A stretch of 35,573 bases of DNA. Source: an uncultured Gemmiger sp. (GTDB lineage Bacteria > Bacillota > Clostridia > Oscillospirales > Ruminococcaceae). Where the stretch lies: the NCBI GenBank assembly GCA_944382805.1, contig CALWNS010000021.1, positions 1 to 35,573 of the forward strand. The letters run 5' to 3'. Positions within the stretch are counted from its first letter, which is position 1. The number at the start of each line of letters is the position of its first letter. The position numbers and the translations under genes are program-made. Below are positions 24,618-35,416 of the stretch, one piece after another. A model generated the notes under the pieces. It did no database searches, was not told the origin of the DNA, and was given only the letters and a program-made list of their open reading frames with translations.

Positions 24618-24650
24618 AGAAAGCGCCGCCCCAAAAGGGCGGCGCTTTCT
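24618..24650. terminator. Bidirectional terminator between the GH13 gene and fhs
   Basis: AGAAAGCGCCGCCC-CAAAA-GGGCGGCGCTTTCT perfect stem. Confidence 0.8.
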
Positions 24651-24683
24651 GTATATTTTCGCCTTATTATACAGTTTGTATTT

Positions 24684-26357
24684 TCAAAACAATCCGGTGA
24701 TGCGGCCCTCTTCGTCGCAGTCGATGTCCATGGCGGCGGGGTGTTTGGGCAGGCCGGGCATGGTCATAATGGCGCCGCAGATCACCACCACAAAGCCCGC
24801 GCCGGCAGACAGGCGGACTTCGCGCACATTGAGCAGGAAGTCCTCCGGCGCGCCGAGCAGGGCGGCGTCGTCGCTGAACGAATACTGCGTTTTGGCAATG
24901 CAGACCGGCAGCTTGCCGTAGCCCATGGCCTCCAGCTGGTCCAGCATCTTTTTGGCCGGGGCGGCGTAACTCACGCCCTTGGCGCGGTAGATCTTTTTGG
25001 CCACGGCCTCGATCTTATCGGCCAGCGGGGCCTCCAGCTCGTAGGTAAAGCGGATGGGGTGCGGTTCGGGGTCGGCTTCGAGCATCGAGAGCACGGTGCG
25101 CGCCAGCTCCTTGCCTCCCTCGCCGCCCTTGGCGAACACCTCGGACAACGCGCAGGGCACGCCGGCCGCGGCGCAGGCGGCGCGGATGACCTCGTATTCC
25201 TCCGCCGTGTCGGTGGGGAACGCATTGATGGCCACGCACACCGGCAGGCCGAAGCCGTTTTTCAGGTTGTCGATATGGCGGGCCAGGTTGGCCGCGCCGC
25301 GGCGCACGGCTTCGGCATCGGGCGTGTTCAGTTCCGCCTTGGGCACGCCGCCGTGGTATTTCAGCGCGCGCACCGTGGCCACCAGCACGACCGCCGCGGG
25401 GTTCAGCCCGGCGTAGCGGCACTTGATGTCCAGGAATTTTTCGGCGCCAAGGTCCGCGCCAAAGCCGGCTTCGGTCACCACATAGTCGGCCAGTTTAAGG
25501 CCCAGGCGGGTGGCGGTGACGCTGTTGCAGCCGTGGGCGATGTTGGCAAACGGGCCGCCGTGGATGATGGCGGGGTTGTTTTCCAGCGTCTGCACCAGGT
25601 TGGGGTCGATGGCGTCCTTGAGCAGGGCGGTCATGGCGCCGGCCGCGCCGATCTGCCCGGCCGTGACCGGTTCGCCCGCATAGGTGTAGGCGCAGACGAT
25701 GCGGGACAGGCGCTCTTTCAGGTCCTTGAGGTCGGTGGCCAGGCAGAAGATGGCCATGATCTCGCTGGCCACCGTGATGTCAAAGCCGTCCTCGCGCGGG
25801 GTGCCGTTGGCTTTGCCGCCCAGCCCGTCCACCAAAAAGCGCAGCTGGCGGTCGTTCATGTCCATGCAGCGCTTCCAGGTGATGCGGCGCGGGTCGATGT
25901 TCAGCGGGTTGCCCTGCTGGATGGAGTTATCGATCATGGCGGCTAGCAGGTTGTTGGCCGCGCCGATGGCGTGCAGATCGCCGGTAAAGTGGAGGTTGAT
26001 GTCCTCCATGGGCACGACCTGGGCATAGCCGCCGCCGGCCGCGCCGCCCTTGATGCCGAACACGGGGCCAAGGCTGGGTTCGCGCAGGCAGAGCATGGTG
26101 CGCTTGCCCAGCGCGCACATGGCGTCCGCCAGGCCCACGCTGGTGGTGGTTTTGCCCTCGCCGGCCGGCGTGGGGCTGATGGCCGTGACCAGGATCAGCT
26201 TGCCGTCCGGGCCATCCGCCTTGGCCAGCTTGTGGCTGAGCTTGGCTTTGTAATGGCCGTAGGGGATGACCTGTTCCGGCGGCAGGCCCACCTTGGCCGC
26301 CACCTGGGCGATGGGCAGCATATGGGCGTTTTGGGCGATCTCGATATCAGTAAGCAT
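24684..26357 (-). CDS. fhs: Formate-tetrahydrofolate ligase
   Basis: [63 protein letters not shown]. Confidence 0.98.
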   Translation of the reverse strand: MLTDIEIAQNAHMLPIAQVAAKVGLPPEQVIPYGHYKAKLSHKLAKADGPDGKLILVTAISPTPAGEGKTTTSVGLADAMCALGKRTMLCLREPSLGPVFGIKGGAAGGGYAQVVPMEDINLHFTGDLHAIGAANNLLAAMIDNSIQQGNPLNIDPRRITWKRCMDMNDRQLRFLVDGLGGKANGTPREDGFDITVASEIMAIFCLATDLKDLKERLSRIVCAYTYAGEPVTAGQIGAAGAMTALLKDAIDPNLVQTLENNPAIIHGGPFANIAHGCNSVTATRLGLKLADYVVTEAGFGADLGAEKFLDIKCRYAGLNPAAVVLVATVRALKYHGGVPKAELNTPDAEAVRRGAANLARHIDNLKNGFGLPVCVAINAFPTDTAEEYEVIRAACAAAGVPCALSEVFAKGGEGGKELARTVLSMLEADPEPHPIRFTYELEAPLADKIEAVAKKIYRAKGVSYAAPAKKMLDQLEAMGYGKLPVCIAKTQYSFSDDAALLGAPEDFLLNVREVRLSAGAGFVVVICGAIMTMPGLPKHPAAMDIDCDEEGRITGLF

Positions 26358-26424
26358 GGGCGCGACTTCCTTTCACATACGGGCGCCGGGCAGCCGGCGG
26401 GCCAAACGAACTCCTTGAAACTGT

Positions 26425-26453
26425 ATTGTAGCAAATTTTGCCGCAAAATACAA
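26425..26453 (-). promoter_or_regulatory. Putative fhs promoter
   Basis: TTGTAT-17-TACAAT with TG extension; palindrome ATTTTGC-C-GCAAAAT in the spacer. Confidence 0.6.
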
Positions 26454-26493
26454 GCGGCGCGCCGGTGTTCGGCGCGCCGCGGCGGGCGACTTT

Positions 26494-27132
26494 TTACAGG
26501 CTGGAATAGCCGAAGCTGTTGACCAGGGCATCGATCTTCTGCCCGGCCTTGCACCAGGGGCATTCACGGGAATCAAAGCTCTGGTAATCCCCCAGGGTGG
26601 AGGGGTCGAAGATGGAGGTGACCGGGTACCCGGCGCAGCGGTCCACCGTGGCGAAAATGGCCGTGATGCCGGCCACAAAGCCGCCGTAATAGTCCACCGC
26701 TTCGACCGCGGCCTGCGCGGTGTAGCCGGTGGTGACCGAAGCGGCCAGGATCAGCACGTGCTTGTTCTTGATCATGGGGGCCGTGTTTTCGCGGAAAAGC
26801 AGCTGGCTGCCGCTGGTATGCTCCGGGCTGACGACATAGATGGTCTGGTGGGCGTTCATGTTGACATAACCGCCGCGGGTCAGCTCCGCCGCCAGGCACG
26901 CGCCGATGACCTCGGTGCCGTCCAGGCAGAGAACGGTATCCACCACGGTGGTAGAGGCATAATGCCGCACAAGCTCCTGCGCCACGGCGCGGGCTTCGGA
27001 AAGGCGGGTCTTTTGCATGGTCACATCAATGTAATAGTTGATGTGGCTGTGGCTGGTGGCAAAGTGGCCTTTTGCCACACGCAGCAGCAGGTCTTTCTTT
27101 TTGGTGGGCAGCTTGACCAGGTTCAGGGCCAT
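26494..27132 (-). CDS. Type I phosphoribosyltransferase-fold protein (OPRTase-like) with degenerate PRPP loop
   Basis: GHFATSHSHINYYID (resembles the OPRTase GxFxLxSG..S.yY.D region), VLILAASVTTGYT in place of hhhhDDhhTTGxT, C-terminal CPWC. Start at 27132 after AAGGAG. Confidence 0.75.
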   Translation of the reverse strand: MALNLVKLPTKKKDLLLRVAKGHFATSHSHINYYIDVTMQKTRLSEARAVAQELVRHYASTTVVDTVLCLDGTEVIGACLAAELTRGGYVNMNAHQTIYVVSPEHTSGSQLLFRENTAPMIKNKHVLILAASVTTGYTAQAAVEAVDYYGGFVAGITAIFATVDRCAGYPVTSIFDPSTLGDYQSFDSRECPWCKAGQKIDALVNSFGYSSL

Positions 27133-27190
27133 GGGGGCATCACTCCTTACTATAACGGGCCGCGCGGGCGCGCGCCTCTTGTATATCTTT

Positions 27191-27330
27191 ATTGTAAAAG
27201 GTTTTGCTCGCCCATGCAACCAAAGGCCGGCAAAATACCATCCAATTTTTTGGGCCGGTTTTTGTCAGTTCTGACGGTTTGCCGCCCCGGGGCGCGCCGG
27301 CTTTACACTGCCGCCGGGCAATGGTATAAT
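27191..27330. promoter_or_regulatory. Divergent promoters (PRTase-like gene / dnaD-like operon)
   Basis: Minus strand: TTGCAT-17-TACAAT (27219-27191). Plus strand: TTTACA-17-TATAAT with TG extension (27302-27330). Confidence 0.6.
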
Positions 27331-27367
27331 GGTTTTTATAACTTTTATGCAGCGCGGAGGACAGGCC

Positions 27368-28273
27368 ATGGGCTATATATTGGCAGCACAAAACGGTGAT
27401 GCGGTGGCGGTGCCGCAGGTGGTGTTCCGCCACCTGCCGCGCGCGGACGGCGACGCGGTGCGCGTGGCGCTGTACCTGGTGGGCGGCGGCGCGGCGGAGC
27501 CGCGGGCCATCGCGCACGACCTGGGGCTGAAAAGCGTGGAAGCCGCCAAGCGCGCGCTGCAATACTGGGCGGGCGCCGGCCTGCTGGAAAAGACCGGCGC
27601 CTCCCCCGCCCCGGCCGCGCCGGAGGAACAAACGGCCAAGGTCGACCTGAGCGCGCTGGAGGACCCCTATGTGGCCGTGCTGTGCCAGGAGGCGCAGGCC
27701 GTGCTGGGCCGCGCGCTGGGCCGCAGCGAGATGCTGCGCCTGGTGGGGCTGTACCTGAACGAAGGCTGGCAGCCGGACGTGATCTTGACCGGCTGCGCCG
27801 AGGCCGCCCGCCAGGGCAGGCCGACCGCCGCCACCGTGTCCCGGGAGCTGGCACGCTGGCGCGAAGCCGGCGTGGAGACCGGCGCCGAGGCGGAGCGCTA
27901 TTTGCAGCAGCAGGCGCTGCGGGCCGAGCGCTGGGCCGAGACGGCCGCCCTGTTTGGGACCGAGGCCGACAAGCTGACCCGCTGGGAGCGCACCGCCGTG
28001 ACCCGCTGGTACGAGGACTGGGGCTTTGGCCCCGCCATGATTGCCGAAGCGCTGCTGCACGCCGAAAGCCACCGCACCGTGCGCTATGTAGACGGCATCC
28101 TGCGCGCCTGGCGCGCCCAGGGCCTGCTGACGGTGGACGCCGTGCGCGGCCAGGGGCAGCTGGCCGGCAGCAACATTTTGGCCACCGGCGTGCGCCCGGC
28201 CGCCGCCAGCGCCAAAAAAGACCTGTTCCACGCCGATTGGAACGCCGTGTTTGACGAAGAAGCGGAGGAATGA
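27368..28273 (+). CDS. DnaD/DnaB-domain replication protein
   Basis: N-terminal wHTH-like region (ALQYWAGAGLL) and two DnaB_2-type repeats, the second with YVDGILRAW (YxxxIxxxW). Start ATG 27368 after GGAGG. Confidence 0.8.
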   Translation: MGYILAAQNGDAVAVPQVVFRHLPRADGDAVRVALYLVGGGAAEPRAIAHDLGLKSVEAAKRALQYWAGAGLLEKTGASPAPAAPEEQTAKVDLSALEDPYVAVLCQEAQAVLGRALGRSEMLRLVGLYLNEGWQPDVILTGCAEAARQGRPTAATVSRELARWREAGVETGAEAERYLQQQALRAERWAETAALFGTEADKLTRWERTAVTRWYEDWGFGPAMIAEALLHAESHRTVRYVDGILRAWRAQGLLTVDAVRGQGQLAGSNILATGVRPAAASAKKDLFHADWNAVFDEEAEE

Positions 28274-29235
28274 CCATGCGCACCAAGGACGAACTGTTCC
28301 GCGAAGCCCAGCGCCACATTGCCGCGCGGCGGCAGCGCGCCGTGACCGAAGCCGCGCGCAAGCGCAGCGCGGCGTTTGCCGCCCACCCGGAGCTGGCCGC
28401 CGCCGAAGAAGCCCGCGTGCAGGCCGGCCTGGCGCTGACGATGGCCGCCGCCCGCGGCCGGGACACCGCCCCCGCCGCCGCCCGGCTGGAAGCCGCCGGC
28501 CAGGCGCTGCAGGCCGCGCTGCAGGCCGCGGGCTGCACCGCCGCCGACCTGGAGCCGCAGTATACCTGCCCGCGCTGCCAGGACACAGGCCTGGCAAACG
28601 GCGCGCCCTGCGCCTGCGTGGCCGAAGTGGCCCGCAAGCTGCGGCGCGAGGAGATCAACGCCGCCAGCCCGCTGGCGCTGTGCGCGTTTTCCACCTTTGA
28701 TGTCAGCCGCTACCCGGACGCCCCGGAACCGGAGCTGGGCGGCTCCCCGCGGGAATATATGGCCAAGGTGCTGCAGTTCTGCCGCCAATGGGCCGAAAAG
28801 TTCAGCCCGAACAGCCCCAACCTGCTGTTTATGGGCGGGGCCGGGCTGGGCAAGACCCACCTGGCGCTGGCCGTGGCCGACGCCGTGCTGGCGCGCGGGT
28901 ACGATGTGCTGTACACGAGCAGCGCCGCGCTGGCCGCCCGGCTGGGGCGCGAGCATTTTGACCACGAGGGCGAGGACAGCTGGCTGGACGCCTGCAAGGA
29001 GGCCGACCTGCTGATTTTGGACGACCTGGGCACCGAGCACATCACGGCGCTGACCATCAGCGTGCTGTACGAGCTGATCAACACCCGGATGCTGTGCCAC
29101 CGCCCCACCGTGTACACCACCAACATCACCGACCAGGGCATTTTTGAGGCCCGCTATACCGAAAAGGTAGCCAGCCGTATGCTGGGCAACTGCCGGCTGT
29201 TCAAGTTTTTCGGCGCCGACCAGCGCCTGCGGTAA
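28270..29235 (+). CDS. DnaC/DnaI-like helicase-loader AAA+ ATPase
   Basis: CPRC..G...CAC zinc motif, Walker A GGAGLGKT, Walker B LLILDDLG, INTR, TTN; ATGA overlap with the dnaD-like gene. Confidence 0.85.
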   Translation: MTMRTKDELFREAQRHIAARRQRAVTEAARKRSAAFAAHPELAAAEEARVQAGLALTMAAARGRDTAPAAARLEAAGQALQAALQAAGCTAADLEPQYTCPRCQDTGLANGAPCACVAEVARKLRREEINAASPLALCAFSTFDVSRYPDAPEPELGGSPREYMAKVLQFCRQWAEKFSPNSPNLLFMGGAGLGKTHLALAVADAVLARGYDVLYTSSAALAARLGREHFDHEGEDSWLDACKEADLLILDDLGTEHITALTISVLYELINTRMLCHRPTVYTTNITDQGIFEARYTEKVASRMLGNCRLFKFFGADQRLR

Positions 29236-29281
29236 GCCGGCGTGTGATTTGGGCGCGCGGTTTGTAGGGGACGATGCTTGC

Positions 29282-29344
29282 ACTGCGCCCGCAGGCGCGT
29301 TTCGGAGGCCAACCGGGCCGCAAGGCCCGGCTCTTAGGCCGGAG
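29282..29344. mobile_element. 63-bp structured insertion inside a REP hairpin (copy 1)
   Basis: Splits GGGACGATGCTTGC / ATCGTCCC; removing it restores a perfect 10-bp palindrome. Confidence 0.5.
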
Positions 29345-30175
29345 ATCGTCCCGGGGGCGTGGCGGTTGCGGCAAAGCCCCGCGGAACGGTCAAGACCGTT
29401 CCCTACAAATAACCTTTATGCCCGGCATAAAATTTTGGCCTGCGCGGCACCCTTGGTTCGTAGGGGAGGGATTTATCCCTCCCGTGAACGTAGCGGTTGC
29501 GGCAAAGCTCCGCGGGAGGGGCGTGCCCCTCCCCTACGAATGGGTTTTACGCCCGTCCCCGTTCCGCAGGGCGTTCGCCTTGGTTTGTAGGGCGGGCGAT
29601 TTCGCCCGCCGCACCAAAAATCCAAAAAATGGGAAACGCCGATATTTTATCGAAAATTTATCGGTGCGGCGGGCGTGAACGCCCGCCCTACACATGGCCT
29701 TTACGCCGGACGCAAAAATTCAGCCTGCGCGGTAATCTTGGTTTGTAGGGAACGGTCTTGACCGTTCCGGGGGCGTGGCGGCTGCGGCAAGGTTCCCGGG
29801 AGGGATAAATCCCTCCCCTACGAATAATATGTACGTCCGTGGCTATTTCGTAGAGCTTTCGCCTTGGTTTGTAGGGAACGGTCTTGACCGTTCCGGGGAC
29901 GTGGCGGTTACCGCAAGGTTCGCGGGAGGGATAAATCCCTCCCCTATGAATGGTTTTTACGTGCGTGGCCGTTGTGTAGAGCTTTCGCCTTGGTTTGTAG
30001 GGCGGGCGATTTCGCCCGCCGCACCTTGGCAAAATTCAAAAAACAGGAAACGCCGATGTTTTTTGAAAATTCATCAGTGCGGCGGGCGTGAACGCCCGCC
30101 CTACACATGAGGGTATGCCCAACATAAATATTCGCCGGCGCGGCACCCGCGTGTTCTGTAGGGGACGATGCTTGC

Positions 30176-30238
30176 ACTGCGCCCGCAGGCGCGTTTCGGA
30201 GGCCAACCGGGCCGCAAGGCCCGGCTCTTAGGCCGGAG
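30176..30238. mobile_element. 63-bp structured insertion inside a REP hairpin (copy 2)
   Basis: Identical to 29282-29344, offset by 894 bp. Confidence 0.5.
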
Positions 30239-30322
30239 ATCGTCCCGGGGGCGTGGCGGTTGCGGCAAGGCCCCGCGGAACGGTCAAGACCCTTCCCTAC
30301 AAATAACCTTTATGCCCGGCAC

Positions 30323-30368
30323 AAAAGGCCGGCGCCTTTCCGGTGGGGGAAGGCGCCGGCCTTATTTT
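30323..30368. terminator. Bidirectional terminator downstream of clpB
   Basis: AAAAGGCCGGCGCCTT...AAGGCGCCGGCCTTATTTT. Confidence 0.8.
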
Positions 30369-30388
30369 ACCGTCATTTATACCGCTTT

Positions 30389-33001
<2,613 letters not shown>

Positions 33002-33161
33002 AGGACAAACCTCCTTTACGGTTTCACCTATCGATCTATTAGCAAACGACGGTTCGGAGTGCGCCGCCCCGCCCTGTTTGGCCGCCGTGCGCCCGCGGCT
33101 GCACCTTTGACGGGCGGGCGGCGGGCGGGCGGCAGGCTTGGCGGCGGCCGCTTCTTTTGCG

Positions 33162-33188
33162 TTAGCACTCTAAGCTATCGACTGCTAA
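33162..33188. promoter_or_regulatory. CIRCE element (HrcA operator) upstream of clpB
   Basis: TTAGCACTC-taagctatc-GACTGCTAA, one mismatch to the consensus TTAGCACTC-N9-GAGTGCTAA. Confidence 0.92.
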
Positions 33189-33189
33189 T

Positions 33190-33217
33190 ATTGTACCACA
33201 TTCCCCCTTTCTGTCAA
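33190..33217 (-). promoter_or_regulatory. sigmaA promoter of clpB
   Basis: TTGACA-16-TACAAT with TG extension, immediately upstream of the CIRCE. Confidence 0.75.
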
Positions 33218-33323
33218 TGGGGCAAACGTAAAAACTTTGTGAACAGAGGGCGGCCGGCGCGCTTGATAGTTTTTGGAAACAAGTGTAAAGTAACATTATA
33301 GGAAAGAAAAGGAGGGCTGGGGG

Positions 33324-34013
33324 ATGTTGCCGATCCTGGTAGCGGAGGACGAGCCGCCCATTGCCGACCTGATCCGGCTGACGCTGACCGGGGCCGGGTA
33401 CCGCTGCGTGGTGGCGCACGACGGCGTGCAGGCCGCCGATTTGATCGAAGGGCAGGAGTTCGCGCTGGCCGTGCTGGACATCATGCTGCCGCAGGTGGAC
33501 GGGTACGAGCTGCTGGAATATTTGCAGACGACCGGCACGCCGGCCATTTTTGTGACGGCCAAAGCCGCGGTGGCCGACCGGGTGCGCGGGCTGCGGCTGG
33601 GGGCCGAGGATTACATCGTCAAGCCGTTTGCCCCTGCCGAGCTGGTGGCCCGCGTGGAGACGGTGCTGCGCCGCACCGGGCGCGGCAACGCGCGGCTGCG
33701 GGCGTTTGACGTAGAGCTGGACCCTGTCGCCCGCCGGGTATGGCGCGGCGGGCAGGAGGTCCACCTGACCCCGCGGGAGTTCGCGCTGTTGGAACTGCTG
33801 CTGCGCAACCGCGGCGTGGTGCTGTACCGCGATGTGCTGTACGAGCGGGTATGGGGCGCGGATGACGATACCGATACCCGCACGCTGGACCTGCATATCC
33901 GGCGGCTGCGGCAAAAGCTGGGCTGGCGGCGGCAGATCCGCACGGTGTTCCGCGTGGGGTATGCGCTGCTGAACGAGGAGGACTTGCCCGCCGGCGGGGA
34001 GGGAACGCCATGA
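33324..34013 (+). CDS. OmpR/PhoB-family response regulator
   Basis: AEDE, LDIMLP phosphoacceptor, TAK, DYIVKPF, LTPREF, RTLDLHIRRLRQKL. Confidence 0.95.
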   Translation: MLPILVAEDEPPIADLIRLTLTGAGYRCVVAHDGVQAADLIEGQEFALAVLDIMLPQVDGYELLEYLQTTGTPAIFVTAKAAVADRVRGLRLGAEDYIVKPFAPAELVARVETVLRRTGRGNARLRAFDVELDPVARRVWRGGQEVHLTPREFALLELLLRNRGVVLYRDVLYERVWGADDDTDTRTLDLHIRRLRQKLGWRRQIRTVFRVGYALLNEEDLPAGGEGTP

Positions 34014-35416
34014 AATTTGCCGACAAGCTCACGCTGGCGCTGACCCTGCTGTTGGCGGCGCTGTTAACGGCGTATAACATCTGGACGCTGGACCGGCAGT
34101 TCACGGCCGACCTGCGCGCCGCGGCCGAGCAGGCGCAGACCGCCTGGCAGCAGGAGCGCTACGCCATGCAGACCGGCCTGGAAAGCCGCGCCGGCCTGCT
34201 GCCCTGGGCGGCGAGCTACCAGAGCAGCCACGGCGGGCAGCCGCTGCTGCTGGGCGTGTTTGCCGGCCATGACACGCTGTACAACACGCTGCCCGCCACG
34301 CTGGGCCGGCAGGAGCTGGACGCCGCGCTGGACGGCGCGGGCCAGCCGCGCGTGACGGTGGTGCGGGACGTAAACGGCCGCTACACGATGCTGGCGGCCG
34401 GGGTGGTGATTTTGCCGGACGGCGCGCTGACGCTGGCGCACGGCCAGAGCCTGGACGGCGTATGGGCCGCGCGCGGCGAACGGCTGCGCACGGCGCTGGC
34501 GGCGGGCGCGGTGCTGCTGGCGCTGGCGGCGCTGGGCTGCCGGGCGCTGTGCCGCCGCCTGACCCGCCCGCTGGAACGGCTGGAGGCGGCCAGCCGGCAG
34601 ATCGCCGCCGGGGACTACGGCCGGCGCACGGCGCTGCACACCGGCGACGAGCTGGCCAGCCTGAGCGCCAGCTTTGACGAGATGGCCGATGCGGTGCAGG
34701 AAAAAATCGAGCAGCTGCAGGGCCACCTGCGCGAGCGGGACGACTTTGTGGCCGCCTTTACCCACGAGCTGAAAACGCCCATTACCAGTATGCTGGGCTA
34801 CGCCGACCTTTTGCGCGGGGCGGAGCCAACGCCCGAAACACGGCAGCTGGCGGCGCAGTACATCTACCACGAAAGCCAGCGGCTGGAGGTTTTGGGCGGC
34901 AAGCTGATGGCGCTGATGCAGCTAGACGGCGCGCCGCCCGCCCTGGCCCCCGTGGCGCTGGATACCGTGCTGCGGCGGCTGCGGCGCGCGCTGCCGCCCG
35001 GCGCCCCCGTGCCGGAACTGCCGGCGTGCGGGGCCGCCGTGCTGGCGGACGCCGACCTGCTGACCGACCTTTTGTACAACCTTATACAGAACGCGCGCGC
35101 CGCCACGCCGCCGGGCGGGCGGGTGTGGGTAGAGGCCGCGGAGGAAGGCGGGCGGGTGCGCCTGGCCGTGCGGGATACCGGGTGCGGCATCCCGGCGGCC
35201 GACCTGCCGCGCATCTGCGAACCGTTTTACCGGGTGGACCGTTCCCGCGCGCGCCGCCGCGGCGGCAACGGCCTGGGGCTGGCGCTGTGCGCGCGCATTG
35301 CGCAGCTGCACGGCACGCAGCTGGAATTTGAAAGCGCCGAGGGCCGCGGCACCACGGTGCGCTTTGCGCTGTCCGCCGCCCCGCAGGAGGTGAAATGCGA
35401 TGCCGATGCCGGATAA
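34010..35416 (+). CDS. HAMP-domain sensor histidine kinase
   Basis: Two TMs, HAMP (TRPLERL...DELASL), H-box THELKTPIT, N box NLIQNA, G1 DTGCGI, F box PFYRVD, G2 GNGLGL. Confidence 0.93.
   Translation: MKFADKLTLALTLLLAALLTAYNIWTLDRQFTADLRAAAEQAQTAWQQERYAMQTGLESRAGLLPWAASYQSSHGGQPLLLGVFAGHDTLYNTLPATLGRQELDAALDGAGQPRVTVVRDVNGRYTMLAAGVVILPDGALTLAHGQSLDGVWAARGERLRTALAAGAVLLALAALGCRALCRRLTRPLERLEAASRQIAAGDYGRRTALHTGDELASLSASFDEMADAVQEKIEQLQGHLRERDDFVAAFTHELKTPITSMLGYADLLRGAEPTPETRQLAAQYIYHESQRLEVLGGKLMALMQLDGAPPALAPVALDTVLRRLRRALPPGAPVPELPACGAAVLADADLLTDLLYNLIQNARAATPPGGRVWVEAAEEGGRVRLAVRDTGCGIPAADLPRICEPFYRVDRSRARRRGGNGLGLALCARIAQLHGTQLEFESAEGRGTTVRFALSAAPQEVKCDADAG

Larger units (their letters stand above)
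29264..30300. repeat. Array of seven GTAG-family REP doublets (BIME/REPIN-like mosaic)
   Basis: Units GTAG...CTAC at 29264-29406, 29460-29537, 29587-29691, 29745-29821, 29871-29947 (ends CTAT), 29997-30104 and 30158-30300; each has two inverted hairpins. Confidence 0.9.

Noticed and set aside
26358-26425. ZTP (pfl) or THF riboswitch upstream of fhs
   Set aside because: The predicted leader is only ~60 nt and lacks recognisable consensus elements.
27368-29235. Prophage replication module or IS21 istB
   Set aside because: No integrase, istA or phage genes; host-like codon usage and promoter; best read as the chromosomal DnaD/DnaC-like loader pair.
29282-29344. Canonical hammerhead ribozyme on the minus strand of the 63-bp insert
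   Set aside because: The core reads CUAAGAG rather than CUGANGA, stem II does not abut GAAA, and the cleavage triplet would be GUG; kept only as a loose resemblance.
29264-30300. CRISPR array
   Set aside because: The repeats are inverted pairs of several different palindromes, the 'spacers' are homologous to each other, and no cas genes are present.
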